From the IMG/VR virus record IMGVR_UViG_3300048857_000042, positions 1 to 43,650 of that record: 43,650 nt of DNA, one strand, 5' to 3'. Shown piece after piece: positions 1-9,240 of this stretch (its first letter is position 1; every line of letters starts with the position of its first letter). The notes beneath the pieces were generated by a model. That model was given only the letters and a program-made list of their open reading frames with translations, was not told the origin of the DNA and did no database searches. Source of the stretch: a virus (Duplodnaviria; Caudoviricetes). Made by a program: the position numbers and the translations under genes.

Positions 1-353
1 TCATTCAAGCGCGTTCTCCGCCGCCAGGATGTTGCACCACCCGGCTTCCACGACCGGGCAGCCCGTGCTGGTGTGCGCTATAACGGCTTCTACCTGTTTC
101 AAGTCACAGCCCGAGCAATCTCTGGCGGGCAATCTGCTCCCCGGTGCAGGGCGGGAGCACCAGAAGTCTGCGACTGAGCAAGCTGCCAGGACCCACTGCA
201 AGACGGCAAAAGGGCGCTGCCATAGGAAAGACCCTACACCGGGTTCGTACAATTGCCACAAAGTCCCGCTGCGTTGCACACAAGAGACCCGGAACAAGGG
301 CGAGGATGTAGGGGCATTCAGCGGCCATGCGTGCCGCCAACGAGAGTGTCTCA

Positions 354-560
354 ATGCAAGTTCTGCTCCCGACCGATGCCTCAGCAGCCACGCCTCCTTT
401 TCCACCGGAGAGCACGTTGAGCCAAGGGCTGGGCTCCGACGAACTTCAGATGCTTGGGGACCGGCTGCGGCTGACCTATAGGCCGGTTGAAGCTCCTCTT
501 CCGGTTCGGCTGGCAGAGCTTGTGGAGCGGCTCGCACGACGGGAGCAGGCCAAGGATTAG
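354..560 (+). CDS. NepR-like anti-sigma factor domain small protein
   Basis: C-terminal LGDRLRLTYRPVEAPLPVRLAELVERL resembles the NepR core (IG.QLR..Y..V..EP.P.R...LL..L); ATG at 354 chosen (ORF track starts at 327). Confidence 0.55.
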   Translation: MQVLLPTDASAATPPFPPESTLSQGLGSDELQMLGDRLRLTYRPVEAPLPVRLAELVERLARREQAKD

Positions 561-827
561 GTGAGCGCTGGTCAACTCCTTGGGTTTCGGCCTCAATGGG
601 CACGTTTCGCCCTCTCCTCTGAGCCTCTTATAGCAAAGGCGAGCGTATATCGCCGGTCAAGGCTAATATTGCTAAGCTTAGCGTCTAGAAGCGCTTTCAG
701 CAGCATTAGGACTAATGACTGAATATTTAGGGCTTTTGGCTGACAGCTTTGGTCGGGTTTCTGACAGACAAGCCTCCTGCAGCCTGTTTACCTTCTGTCG
801 GCGGAAGAAGTTAAACAGGAAGCATAG

Positions 828-1592
828 ATGGCTGCGCAAACGCTGACGCTTGTACATGATCGCTCGTCGGATACTGACTCCCTGTCTAGCAGTCTCACCC
901 CAGCGATCCCAACGGTTCTGATCTGTGGTAACTCCCTGCTGCGTTCGGGGCTTCAACAGATTCTGGCGGGAAGCTCCTTCGTCATTGCCGAGGCAGCTTC
1001 TGTCGCTGGATCAAAACGGTTCCAAAGGTTGGTTCCGGAGGCTGCCTTGGTCCTGATCGAGGCCAGCCGGAACACCGGTCGCGTACTTGAGATAGTCAGA
1101 CAGGTGCGAGATCAGGCTCCAGAAGCTCGCATCGTTGTTCTAGCGGATGAATACGACCTCGACTTCTTGCGGCTGGGGCACAAGGCAGGCGTGGACGGCT
1201 TCTGTCTCGCCGCCAGTGCTCGCGAGGTTCTGATCAAATCGTTTGAATTGGTCATGCTTGGCGAGACTATGGTGCCTTCGGCGGTCCTGCACTCCATCGC
1301 GAATGGCGCTGGCCAAAATCGGAACCAGTCGCGCCAGGACAACACGGCAGAGCCGAACCTCTCTGATCTGAAGGCTTGCAAGCTCTCGGCGCGGGAGATG
1401 GAAATCCTGGGTTGCCTGCGCGAGGGAGCGCCCAACAAGGTCATCGCCCGCAAGCTGGATATCACGGAGGCCACCATCAAGGTTCATGTCAAAGCCATCC
1501 TGCGCAAAATCGGGGCGTCGAACCGCACCCAGGCTGCCATGTGGGCGTCTCAGCGCCTGCCGATGCGAGTGGGAGCAGTCCAGCACGTCTGA
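828..1592 (+). CDS. NarL/LuxR-family response regulator (degenerate receiver + LuxR HTH)
   Basis: C-terminal LSAREMEILGCLREGAPNKVIARKLDITEATIKVHVKAILRKIGASNRTQAA is a canonical LuxR HTH; N-terminal receiver-like region lacks clear acidic pocket residues. Confidence 0.9.
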   Translation: MAAQTLTLVHDRSSDTDSLSSSLTPAIPTVLICGNSLLRSGLQQILAGSSFVIAEAASVAGSKRFQRLVPEAALVLIEASRNTGRVLEIVRQVRDQAPEARIVVLADEYDLDFLRLGHKAGVDGFCLAASAREVLIKSFELVMLGETMVPSAVLHSIANGAGQNRNQSRQDNTAEPNLSDLKACKLSAREMEILGCLREGAPNKVIARKLDITEATIKVHVKAILRKIGASNRTQAAMWASQRLPMRVGAVQHV

Positions 1593-1879
1593 TGGAGCGG
1601 CTCTGAAGATTGCGTCGAAGAATAGTCCGCATTTATGATCATCCGCGCGGCCTTGGAATGAGCTTTCCCAATGGGAAGGGGCGAGCCCAGTTAGTGTGAC
1701 CGCCTGTGTGGTTTGTGCTTGTGGTGAATGTCACTTTCGAGATCATCTTGACCGGACCCAGCCAAACAAGTCCGATTTTGTACCTTTGCTCTGGAACTGC
1801 CAATTGCTCCTTCAGAATCTATCCTAAGCATCGGGAGTGGAACGGGACTTGGTGTGTTCTTCTGGCGTGATGGTGAGCA

Positions 1880-2089
1880 ATGGAAATGGCCCCTACGAAT
1901 GGCCGAGTGCGTTTTCATGCCGTCAGAAATGATGGCGGGGTTGATTTAACGGTGATCGTCGATGGCCGAACACTCGCTGTTATACGATTAAGCGCCTCAG
2001 AGCTTGAGGATATGGTCAGGACCATAGATGACGCTCTTAACATCAGACCTGACAGGGGGGACAACGGCCCAGCAGACGATGAGGGGTGA
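1880..2089 (+). CDS. hypothetical protein
   Basis: 69 aa ORF with protein-like composition and purine-rich sequence upstream; no family recognised. Confidence 0.4.
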   Translation: MEMAPTNGRVRFHAVRNDGGVDLTVIVDGRTLAVIRLSASELEDMVRTIDDALNIRPDRGDNGPADDEG

Positions 2090-2354
2090 TCTTGTATTCC
2101 CGAGCATGGGTGAATGTCAGGAAGTCCGCCGACGTGGGGGGCTTGATTGCCGCGCTCTTTGGGCGGCAGAAATAAGCAGGAGCCACCTGCCAAGAATTAG
2201 CAGGACGGAGTTCTCGTTTTGTCGGCATTCAGACAGACACAATGACGTGCTGTGATTAACAGGTGGCGACGCATCAGCGGGCAGAGGCTACCAGTGTAAG
2301 CCGGAAGTCTACTTGTAGGTTGGCTGGGGCTTTGGCTAGAACAATGAACCTAAG

Positions 2355-2430
2355 AAAAAGGCCACCCTTGCGAGCGGCCTGAAGTTTAGGGAGGAAACGC
2401 CCAAGAAGGGCAGCAACGCGGCGACGCCAA
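2355..2430 (-). ncRNA. suhB/alpha-r8 (MmgR-like) small RNA
   Basis: Minus strand reads GCCCTTCTTGGGC hairpin, TTTCCTCCCT anti-SD core, then AGGCCGCTCGCAAGGGTGGCCTTTTT terminator, the architecture of the alphaproteobacterial suhB/MmgR family; 5' end approximate. Confidence 0.75.
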
Positions 2431-2439
2431 TCGCCATAT

Positions 2440-2448
2440 TGCACTGCA
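2440..2448. promoter_or_regulatory. PhaR/AniA-type TGC-N3-GCA box upstream of the MmgR-like sRNA
   Basis: TGCACTGCA (minus strand TGCAGTGCA) immediately upstream of the sRNA. Confidence 0.5.
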
Positions 2449-2977
2449 AAATATAGTTCTTGCCTGAACAATCGGCAAGCTCAAACGTGCAGCATCGCTG
2501 CCCATTTTTGTTGCTGTTGTCATGCAGCGGGCGCATGACGGTGTGTTGCAGCGAGCCCCGGCCTTCTCTTAATACCACGGCAGGAACTTTCCCACCTCTT
2601 CAGCGGGCTTACGGGATTCGCACTTCATGCGGACTGCAAGCTCAAGCAGCCTCTGCCTTGATGGTTGGCGCGGTGGGAAGCGGCATCCAGCACGTGGGCT
2701 CCAGGCGCTTCGGGCGCTCGTTGACATGGCGCTGATCCCGAGACAGCCACCGGCCTGAGATACTGCTGAATTATCCGATCTCAACGCGCCCTACCCAGAG
2801 AAGGACATCATTCTCGTTCCTCGGTGCGGTCTCCATCGGCAGCCACTCGTCCATTCATCCTGTCCTGTAAGTCAGTCGTGAACGGTCAAGCTAGAGGGAT
2901 CGCATCCGTGGTAAAGACTTGACAGGACATTGCACCGTCCAGGGAGGGGGAGGTCCAGTTGGCTGGACCTCCCGAAT

Positions 2978-3292
2978 TCAACCCTTCCCACCCCGGATGA
3001 CCATCAGCTTGCGCATCATCGGCGGGAGGTCCGGGGGAGGGCGGCTGGTCGCTTCCAGGTCGGTGAAACGAGCCTTGCACCTGGGATCATATTGATTCGG
3101 AGGTCGCTCCCACGGCAGGGCCTTCCTCGGACAGTCGAAGGCAATCCTATCGAGAAGTTCGAATAGCTCGATGTCGGCCCCAAACTTCTCGACCAGTCGG
3201 GCCAACCGGTACTGGCCCCTGCGGTGTGGGCAATGGGGACAATCAACCCGGACGATCACCCATGGAAAATCTGACAGCCGCTCGACCATCAT
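2978..3292 (-). CDS. small Cys-rich (CxxC...C...C) hypothetical protein, probably SOS-regulated
   Basis: VRVDCPHCPHRRGQYRLARLVEKFGADI...DCP...RCKARF; LexA box about 25 nt upstream. Confidence 0.7.
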   Translation of the reverse strand: MMVERLSDFPWVIVRVDCPHCPHRRGQYRLARLVEKFGADIELFELLDRIAFDCPRKALPWERPPNQYDPRCKARFTDLEATSRPPPDLPPMMRKLMVIRGGKG

Positions 3293-3316
3293 GGCCCAAA
3301 CAAAATTGGGAAGTTA

Positions 3317-3331
3317 GAACGTATAGAGAAC
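3317..3331 (-). promoter_or_regulatory. alphaproteobacterial LexA (SOS) box
   Basis: GAAC-GTATAGA-GAAC = GTTC-N7-GTTC on the minus strand, upstream of 2978..3292. Confidence 0.75.
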
Positions 3332-3513
3332 GAATATGTTGAGATCAGGTTCAACCGGCTGGGATCATAGAACCCAACAACGAAGGCGCACGGTGAGAAA
3401 GATGGCCTCAACAGGACGTGGCGATATAGGGAGGTTTTTCGGGAAGATTTTCGGGAAGGATTTTTGCCCTAGCGCCAATCTTTTACTAAGGCTTTGATTC
3501 TGCGGGAGAAGAT

Positions 3514-3568
3514 TGGTCGGAGTGGCAGGATTTGAACCTGCGACCCCCACGTCCCGAACGGGGTGCGC
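3514..3568 (-). pseudogene. 3' half of tRNA-Pro(CGG); prophage att core
   Basis: Minus strand GCGCACCCCGTTCGGGACGTGGGGGTCGCAGGTTCAAATCCTGCCACTCCGACCA: anticodon loop CGG, T-arm and CCA end present, 5' acceptor/D-arm missing; lies about 110 nt downstream of the integrase. Confidence 0.85.
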
Positions 3569-3680
3569 CACGCGCAAACCCCTTATTTTGAGCCATTTTG
3601 CTTGATCGCCGTGGACCGTTTTCTACCCAGAAATACGCTGACTCGGTCCATAACCGGTCCACCGTTCGCAGATGTTCTGA

Positions 3681-4856
3681 TCAGGCCTTTCGGGTGATGT
3701 TCTCCGCCGCCTCGGACTGGAAGTCGGGATGATGGTGACCATACACCCGCTCTAGGGTTTCGGCCGTCATCCCCAGCCAGCCAGCGGCTTCCCACATATC
3801 CGTCCCTCGCTGCATGAGCCAGGTCGCGGCGGTGTGGCGCAACACGTGCGGGGTGACGTCCTTCAGCCCAGCGTCCTCACAAGCACGCTTGAACGCCTTC
3901 TCCACTCCTGTGCCGACCGGTTCGCCAAGCCACTCGACGGCGTACATCTGACCGTTCTTGTGCCAGCGTTTCATATGCGCGAGAAGTCGGGCCGGGAGCC
4001 TCACCGGCGGCTTCCGCTTCTTGGTTTCCTTCTCGGCCGAGGCCTTCCGGTAGAAGACGCCGCGTTCCAGATCGACCCAGCCGGTATGTGCCGCCGGCAC
4101 GAGCGAGGCACCGCAGACGGCGCTCGCCCGCGTGCCGGTGTAGAGCCCCACGAGGATGAAGCGGGCGATGTGCTGGCGTGAGCGGCGACCGGTTGGCGAT
4201 CCCTTCTGAACCTCCCGATAGCGCCAGGCCGCCCAGATCAGCTTGGCGGCTTCCTTCCGGGTGAGCCAGCGATCGCGTGGCGCTCCGGCCTCAGGCAGCA
4301 CGACCTCCACCACTTCGCGGCAGAGGCCTTCCTTCCGATGATGGTTGATGGCAGCCCGCAGGTCCTCGAGCTCGCGCCGCGCGGCGCCGATTCCTGTCGT
4401 CAGGGCAGCATCGGCCTTTTTCAGCCGCGCCTTCCGCCGCTCGATCTCCTGCTCTCGCCTGTGATCGACATAGGCCCGGCATGTCCGGCCAGTGACCTGG
4501 GCAAGCGTCTTGTCCCCCCAAAATGACAACAGCGCCGTACAGCGCTGTGCCACTTCCTCGGGCCGCGCCTGGAGTGGGGCGCGGTCCTGCAGATAGATGT
4601 TGATCACGTCGGCGACGAGGACGGCCGCTGCATCGCGACCACGTTCCCGGTTAACCTGCCTTTTGCTGACGATGTAGGCCGCGAGGGCGTCCTGGGCTTC
4701 TTGCGGAGGCTTGCCGCGGCGCGCAGCGCGGATTCCCGTGCTAACTCTAACTCCCCCATCATCTTTGATGACCCAGTAGCCTTGGGCCCGGGTACCGTCG
4801 GCGAGCTTGTTACCTCGCTTGAACCAGAGTCGGGGGCCTTTGGGTTCGACCGGCAT
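3681..4856 (-). CDS. int: phage integrase (tyrosine recombinase)
   Basis: YTGTRASA (catalytic R), HVLRHTAAT (HxxR), WLGMT...ERVYGH (catalytic Y); adjacent to the tRNA att. Confidence 0.95.
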   Translation of the reverse strand: MPVEPKGPRLWFKRGNKLADGTRAQGYWVIKDDGGVRVSTGIRAARRGKPPQEAQDALAAYIVSKRQVNRERGRDAAAVLVADVINIYLQDRAPLQARPEEVAQRCTALLSFWGDKTLAQVTGRTCRAYVDHRREQEIERRKARLKKADAALTTGIGAARRELEDLRAAINHHRKEGLCREVVEVVLPEAGAPRDRWLTRKEAAKLIWAAWRYREVQKGSPTGRRSRQHIARFILVGLYTGTRASAVCGASLVPAAHTGWVDLERGVFYRKASAEKETKKRKPPVRLPARLLAHMKRWHKNGQMYAVEWLGEPVGTGVEKAFKRACEDAGLKDVTPHVLRHTAATWLMQRGTDMWEAAGWLGMTAETLERVYGHHHPDFQSEAAENITRKA

Positions 4857-5044
4857 AGTTCTCGCATCCTCTCGATATCGGCCAGGGTGGTATAGACACG
4901 GTTGCCGATCTTCTCGATAGCGAGTCGGCCACGGGCTGCTTCCCGACGCAGGATCAAAGCTGTCATGTTCCCGCTTGGGAAGGCAAGCCTAGCTGCCACG
5001 TCCAGGAGGAGGGGGGTAGTGGGTGTGATCTCCTCGCGGGTCAT
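4604..5044 (-). CDS. excisionase-like winged-HTH protein
   Basis: MTREEITPTTPLLLDVAARLAFPSGNMTALILRREAARGRLAIEKIGNRVYTT; directly upstream of and overlapping int. Confidence 0.7.
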   Translation of the reverse strand: MTREEITPTTPLLLDVAARLAFPSGNMTALILRREAARGRLAIEKIGNRVYTTLADIERMRELCRSNPKAPDSGSSEVTSSPTVPGPKATGSSKMMGELELARESALRAAASLRKKPRTPSRPTSSAKGRLTGNVVAMQRPSSSPT

Positions 5045-5439
5045 TGCTCTTTCGCCTCCCACTGGATCAGAAGCCCTCGGAAGGGGATTGTCGCCCTGTC
5101 TGGTTCTCCGTGCGAGGCGAACCAGAACTGCGCCATGTCCTCAAGGCTCTGGAAGCTATCCTGCCAGGCGAAAATCTCCATGGCTCTCGGGCTGAGGTAC
5201 TGGCCATCCACCTCGAACAGTTCGGCCGGACCGTGGCGCGAGAAGACCAGACGCACTGGAACAACAGACTTGCACACTCTGCGTCCCAGGAGCCGGCAGT
5301 GCTTTGTTCGCATGCCGACATATAGCTGCAGCTCCTCACCTGGCCGGGCATGGCGCTTCCGAGGAGCCCGGATCGTCTGGCACTTGGTGCCAAGCTCAAT
5401 CGGCTCAGCGAAGCGCTTCTGGAAGGAATAGGCGACCAT
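5041..5439 (-). CDS. ASCH/PUA-like domain protein
   Basis: N-terminal YSFQKRFAEPIELGTKCQTIR matches the ASCH GxKxxTxR motif. Confidence 0.7.
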   Translation of the reverse strand: MVAYSFQKRFAEPIELGTKCQTIRAPRKRHARPGEELQLYVGMRTKHCRLLGRRVCKSVVPVRLVFSRHGPAELFEVDGQYLSPRAMEIFAWQDSFQSLEDMAQFWFASHGEPDRATIPFRGLLIQWEAKEQ

Positions 5440-5507
5440 TAGTGCGCCTCCTTGCCAAGGCTTACGGGCTGGTCGAAAGATGGCTGTGCATCAAAGAACA
5501 GCCCGAA

Positions 5508-6035
5508 ATGACACCGCTCAACAAACGCTTTGACCTGAATACCCCACGCGACCTCCTTCAAAAGCTTGCTTGGGAGATCGAGCAACAGAGCAAGTCGCAC
5601 TTCAGCTCGCCGGAGGAGGAAGCCTACCGAGCATGGAACTGTGCGGTAACGGCTTGGCAGATTTCGGATTGGGTTTGGCAGGCTCTTGACGACGCGGGCC
5701 GAGAGCTTGTGCGGAGCAAAAGCCCAAAACCGAAGGCTGAAGGCGCGACACCGCTGCAAACGCTTGTGATGGCTGAATGTCGCGAGATTGCTATCTGCCG
5801 CCAGCTTGCGACAGGCTCGAAGCACTTCGTTATAGATCGCCACGACGATCCAGAAGTCTCTTCGAGGCGGGAGCCCGGTTTTCACGTTCTTTGGAACGAA
5901 AAGGACGAGAGCTTTCTTCACGTCCCTGGCATCATGCATTTCATTTATGATGGCGAGAAGCCGTATGCACCCATTGCTCTCTTCCGAAGGGCCTACGAAT
6001 ACTGGGATGGCTTTCTTGGGAGATTTAGCCTCTAA
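5508..6035 (+). CDS. counter-oriented accessory protein, possibly degenerate HEPN-like
   Basis: MTPLNKRFDLNTPRDLLQKLAWE...AWNCAVTAWQISDW...CRQLATGSKHF; opposite strand to the early operon; ATG 5508 chosen. Confidence 0.7.
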   Translation: MTPLNKRFDLNTPRDLLQKLAWEIEQQSKSHFSSPEEEAYRAWNCAVTAWQISDWVWQALDDAGRELVRSKSPKPKAEGATPLQTLVMAECREIAICRQLATGSKHFVIDRHDDPEVSSRREPGFHVLWNEKDESFLHVPGIMHFIYDGEKPYAPIALFRRAYEYWDGFLGRFSL

Positions 6036-6037
6036 AG

Positions 6038-6283
6038 TCATGGGCGGACCTCAGCCAGATCAGCCCGCACGAACGGGCTGGTGATCTCAGGCAGCGGGCC
6101 CGTCATTCCCTTGTCGATCCACTCCGCCAGGTCGCCGGCGCAGAAGGCGTGATACCCGCGGCTGTGGACCCCGTGGACACGAGCGCGAAGGAGAGCCTCT
6201 TTCAGTATCTCGTTCTCCGCATCCAACTCCTTGAGGCGCTGCTGGTAGGGATAGACGTTCCCCTGGATGAAGTTCTCGATCAC
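6038..6283 (-). CDS. phage early hypothetical protein
   Basis: Part of a translationally coupled chain of minus-strand ORFs; GGAGG upstream. Confidence 0.65.
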   Translation of the reverse strand: MIENFIQGNVYPYQQRLKELDAENEILKEALLRARVHGVHSRGYHAFCAGDLAEWIDKGMTGPLPEITSPFVRADLAEVRP

Positions 6284-6516
6284 GAGCGCCCCTCCTTCCG
6301 GATCCGCACAACCTCATCACCAGCCATGAGCCGACCGTCCCGATAGGTGACCGGGCGCCCGCCGTAGACGCTCTGAAGCGTCGGCAGGCTGATGACTTGG
6401 GCACGCACTGGCTTCTCGGACTGCTCGACCTGAACGCGAAGGTCCTGACCGGCGTAGGCCTCGGCTTGGCGCGAGCGGGACCGGAGCATGCGGAGTGAAA
6501 CGTCATTTGTTGTCAT
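6280..6516 (-). CDS. phage early hypothetical protein
   Basis: Stop overlaps the next start (GTGA); operon context. Confidence 0.6.
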   Translation of the reverse strand: MTTNDVSLRMLRSRSRQAEAYAGQDLRVQVEQSEKPVRAQVISLPTLQSVYGGRPVTYRDGRLMAGDEVVRIRKEGRS

Positions 6517-6519
6517 AGC

Positions 6520-6807
6520 TCAGTGCTCCATTTCCGGGATCCGGACAGTGAAGCCGGCGCATGTGTTGACGGCCTGGACGATGCCGAAGGCGAGTAGGAG
6601 GGCGTCGTTGTCCGAAAGGTTCCGTCCGACATCGACGACACCCACGACCTTGCCTTTCGCGTCGTAAATGGTGCCGACCTCTTCATTCGAGATCGACCAG
6701 GGCAGGGGATGGTTGAGGGCCTCAATTCCGAACGCGTAGGCAGCAATCGAAGGCATGCTTGTGGAGGAGCCATTCGGGCTCCAGGTGATATCGAGGGCTG
6801 TCATCAA
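6520..6807 (-). CDS. phage early hypothetical protein
   Basis: HPLPWSI...IYDAKGKVV motif typical of small phage proteins; coupled to neighbours. Confidence 0.65.
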   Translation of the reverse strand: MMTALDITWSPNGSSTSMPSIAAYAFGIEALNHPLPWSISNEEVGTIYDAKGKVVGVVDVGRNLSDNDALLLAFGIVQAVNTCAGFTVRIPEMEH

Positions 6808-7124
6808 AAGAGATCCTCGGCTACGTATTCCGTTTCCTCGTTCGGCGCGGGCAGCGCGTATCGAGCGGGCGGCTCATAGGGCTTGTTCATGCGGAGGGCG
6901 GAGGCCTCATCCGTGAGCGTGAAGGAGAAGATGGAGGCGCCGCCGTAGTAGTGCGTCTCCCAGCCATTCGCCTCTGGGTCGCCCTTCACCGGGACATCGA
7001 TCCGAAGCATCTTTGCTCCGAACTTCTCTTCCTCTCTGGTCCGGCCGGCGTGGCGCCGATGGCCGAAGATTTCAACCACAGCCCATTCCCAGCCATCGTT
7101 CTGCTGGTTTGCTTCCTCTGCCAT
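6804..7124 (-). CDS. conserved phage hypothetical protein
   Basis: EWAVVEIFGHRRHAGRTREEEKFGAKMLRIDVP; ATG 7124 just after the RecT stop. Confidence 0.75.
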   Translation of the reverse strand: MAEEANQQNDGWEWAVVEIFGHRRHAGRTREEEKFGAKMLRIDVPVKGDPEANGWETHYYGGASIFSFTLTDEASALRMNKPYEPPARYALPAPNEETEYVAEDLF

Positions 7125-7128
7125 TGGC

Positions 7129-8292
7129 TCAGCCCTCCGCCCGTGCAGCAGCGGCCTCAAGGCCCTTGAGGGCTTCGTCCGTCAGCAGTTCGCGCTCCTC
7201 GGCCGAGAGCTTGCCCAGGAAGAACTTGAGCTTTTTCGGGCCGTTCATCGCTGCTTCGCGAGCGCGAGAGAGGAGCTGCTCGCGAGGTGTTTCATCCTCG
7301 TCGATCTCGTCGTCTTCCTGGTCCTGAGGCTGACGGCTGTCACCGTGTGCAATGCGCTTCTCGGCATCGGTCCAAGCATTCTCCGCCCGGGTGCGCAGCT
7401 CGCGGCCCATGAGGTGAGAGCGGTCGCCGTTGACGTAGGGAAGCAGCTCGGCCGCGCAGTCCTGAAGATCGTCGATGGTTTGTGCAGTCAGGGAATCTTC
7501 CTCGAACTGTTTCACCAGCGCCTCAAGGTCCGGCTCCTGCTCCGCAGGCTTTGTCTCGGACTTCTGCCTTGCAGGCTGCGGGCTTGCAGGGCGTTCAGCC
7601 GCTGGGGGCGTTGCGGGGCGTGACGCTGGAGGAGGCGACGAAAGGGCAGGGCGCTCAGTCGGAGCGGCGGGCGTCACGTCTCGGGCCCGAACAGCCTTCG
7701 CGCCCTCCTGCATGTCCACGAGCTCATCGTCCGTGTAGACGCCGAGCATTACACCAGGTGCGAAGAGACGCGCCCACTCACGGGAGCCGCGATAGGCGAG
7801 CATCAGCTTCGGCAGGGATCTCCACTGGTTGCTGACCTTGCCCTCCTTGTCTCGCGTCTGCCATTGGCCAACGGTCCCGTCGATTGTCTCAACCCGGCCG
7901 TCAGGGAACTGCCCGGAAACGACGACACCGAAGTCATCACCCCGCTTGTCATTCCACTCATAGCGCAGGCGTACACCAAGCTTCTGCTCGATCACGGCCG
8001 CGACCAGTTTGCCCTCGTAGCAGAGCTTGCCGCGGACAACGGAGACGCTCTGAGCGACGGCAAAGGGGTCCATGTTCCAGCGCACCGCCTGGTTCACAAC
8101 CAGGAAGCAGTTCGCCAGCGTCGTCTGAGGCGTATTGCCCTTGAGGGCGTCCGGGATCAGGCTGCAGGCAGCCATGGTGCCGGCGATGCGCTGCATATGC
8201 TCGAAGCGGCTGGTGTCGAGCAGCGGGATCGGATCATAGACCTGAATGGCCTCGTTGCGCTTCGTCGGGTCGATGGTGGACAGAGCGTTCAT
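7129..8292 (-). CDS. recT: RecT-family single-strand annealing recombinase
   Basis: NCFLVVNQAVRWNMDPFAVAQSVSVVRGKLCYEGKLVAAVI...MLAYRGSREWARLFAPGVMLGVYTDDEL, followed by a Pro/Ala-rich linker. Confidence 0.8.
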   Translation of the reverse strand: MNALSTIDPTKRNEAIQVYDPIPLLDTSRFEHMQRIAGTMAACSLIPDALKGNTPQTTLANCFLVVNQAVRWNMDPFAVAQSVSVVRGKLCYEGKLVAAVIEQKLGVRLRYEWNDKRGDDFGVVVSGQFPDGRVETIDGTVGQWQTRDKEGKVSNQWRSLPKLMLAYRGSREWARLFAPGVMLGVYTDDELVDMQEGAKAVRARDVTPAAPTERPALSSPPPASRPATPPAAERPASPQPARQKSETKPAEQEPDLEALVKQFEEDSLTAQTIDDLQDCAAELLPYVNGDRSHLMGRELRTRAENAWTDAEKRIAHGDSRQPQDQEDDEIDEDETPREQLLSRAREAAMNGPKKLKFFLGKLSAEERELLTDEALKGLEAAAARAEG

Positions 8293-8307
8293 GGAAGCCT
8301 CTTTGGG

Positions 8308-9234
8308 TTAGCGGGCGACTTGGTCGACGACGATCTCGATGCCGGGCGCTCCGGCACCGGCTCGCGCCATTCGATTGGCGATCTGCTGGAGCAGCTCGTT
8401 CATGTCGGGATGGGGCATGCGCACGAGGTAGAGAGCGAACTCCTCGGCATTGACGATCTTGCCCGTCTTGACGCTGGTGAGGGCGACCGTGCGCCCGATC
8501 GTGCCGGCCTTGGCACCTTTCGGCTTTGCGGGCTCCTGACCTTCAGCCGCCAGACGGGCACGCTCCTCCGCCTCCAGGCGCGCTTTCTCGCGCAGGTACG
8601 GTGTCATAGCTGCATCGATGGAGCGCTTCAGGGCGTCGGTGAGTTCGAGGGCTGGCTTGAAGCGCTTCTGGACGGCAGCGGCCGCTTCGTCGTGAGGCTT
8701 CTTCTCAGCCTTGCGCATTTCCTCGGCGCGCTTGGCGACTTCGACGATACGGCTCTTCCAGTTGGCGGCACGGTCCGCCTGGTCCTGGGTCTTGATGCCG
8801 TCCTTCAGGAATGCTTCGAGTTCGGCCTTCTCACCTTCCAACTCAATGAGGATGCTTTCGAGCGGATCACTGGGCAGGTTGGAGAAGTCGACATCACGAG
8901 TCGGCAGCTCATCCGGCCACTTCTCGCCATTCTCGACGACGGCACGCCACTGCTCCTCCGGGACCGGGTGCTTGATGCACCAGCCGAAGAGATCGGCAAT
9001 TTCATCGTAGTCGGTGATGGTCCGGCCGCCTTCGATCGCGACCAGGTCGGAGCCGCTGTAGAAGATCGCGACCGGGATCCAGATGCGCTCGCGGGTGCGC
9101 TTGTCCTTACCGGGCTTGCGGAAGAACCCGCACTCTGGGGTGCGAGGACGAACGTCAGGGTTCTTCCCGTCGAGAGCGGCGAAGTACCAATCATACGGGC
9201 TAACAGGTTCAGAGAGAGCAACAGCAGCGCTCAT
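8308..9234 (-). CDS. phage protein with coiled-coil C-terminus, upstream of RecT
   Basis: 308 aa, strong codon bias, operon context; family not recognised with certainty. Confidence 0.8.
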   Translation of the reverse strand: MSAAVALSEPVSPYDWYFAALDGKNPDVRPRTPECGFFRKPGKDKRTRERIWIPVAIFYSGSDLVAIEGGRTITDYDEIADLFGWCIKHPVPEEQWRAVVENGEKWPDELPTRDVDFSNLPSDPLESILIELEGEKAELEAFLKDGIKTQDQADRAANWKSRIVEVAKRAEEMRKAEKKPHDEAAAAVQKRFKPALELTDALKRSIDAAMTPYLREKARLEAEERARLAAEGQEPAKPKGAKAGTIGRTVALTSVKTGKIVNAEEFALYLVRMPHPDMNELLQQIANRMARAGAGAPGIEIVVDQVAR

Positions 9235-9240
9235 GAGGTT

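Noticed and set aside
1-603. 200-aa minus-strand and 150-aa plus-strand ORFs at the window start
   Set aside because: No recognisable motifs, atypical composition, and conflict with the better supported NepR-like ORF
3514-3590. Intact tRNA-Pro
   Set aside because: 5' acceptor strand and D-arm are absent and the anticodon stem has a mismatch; interpreted as att core
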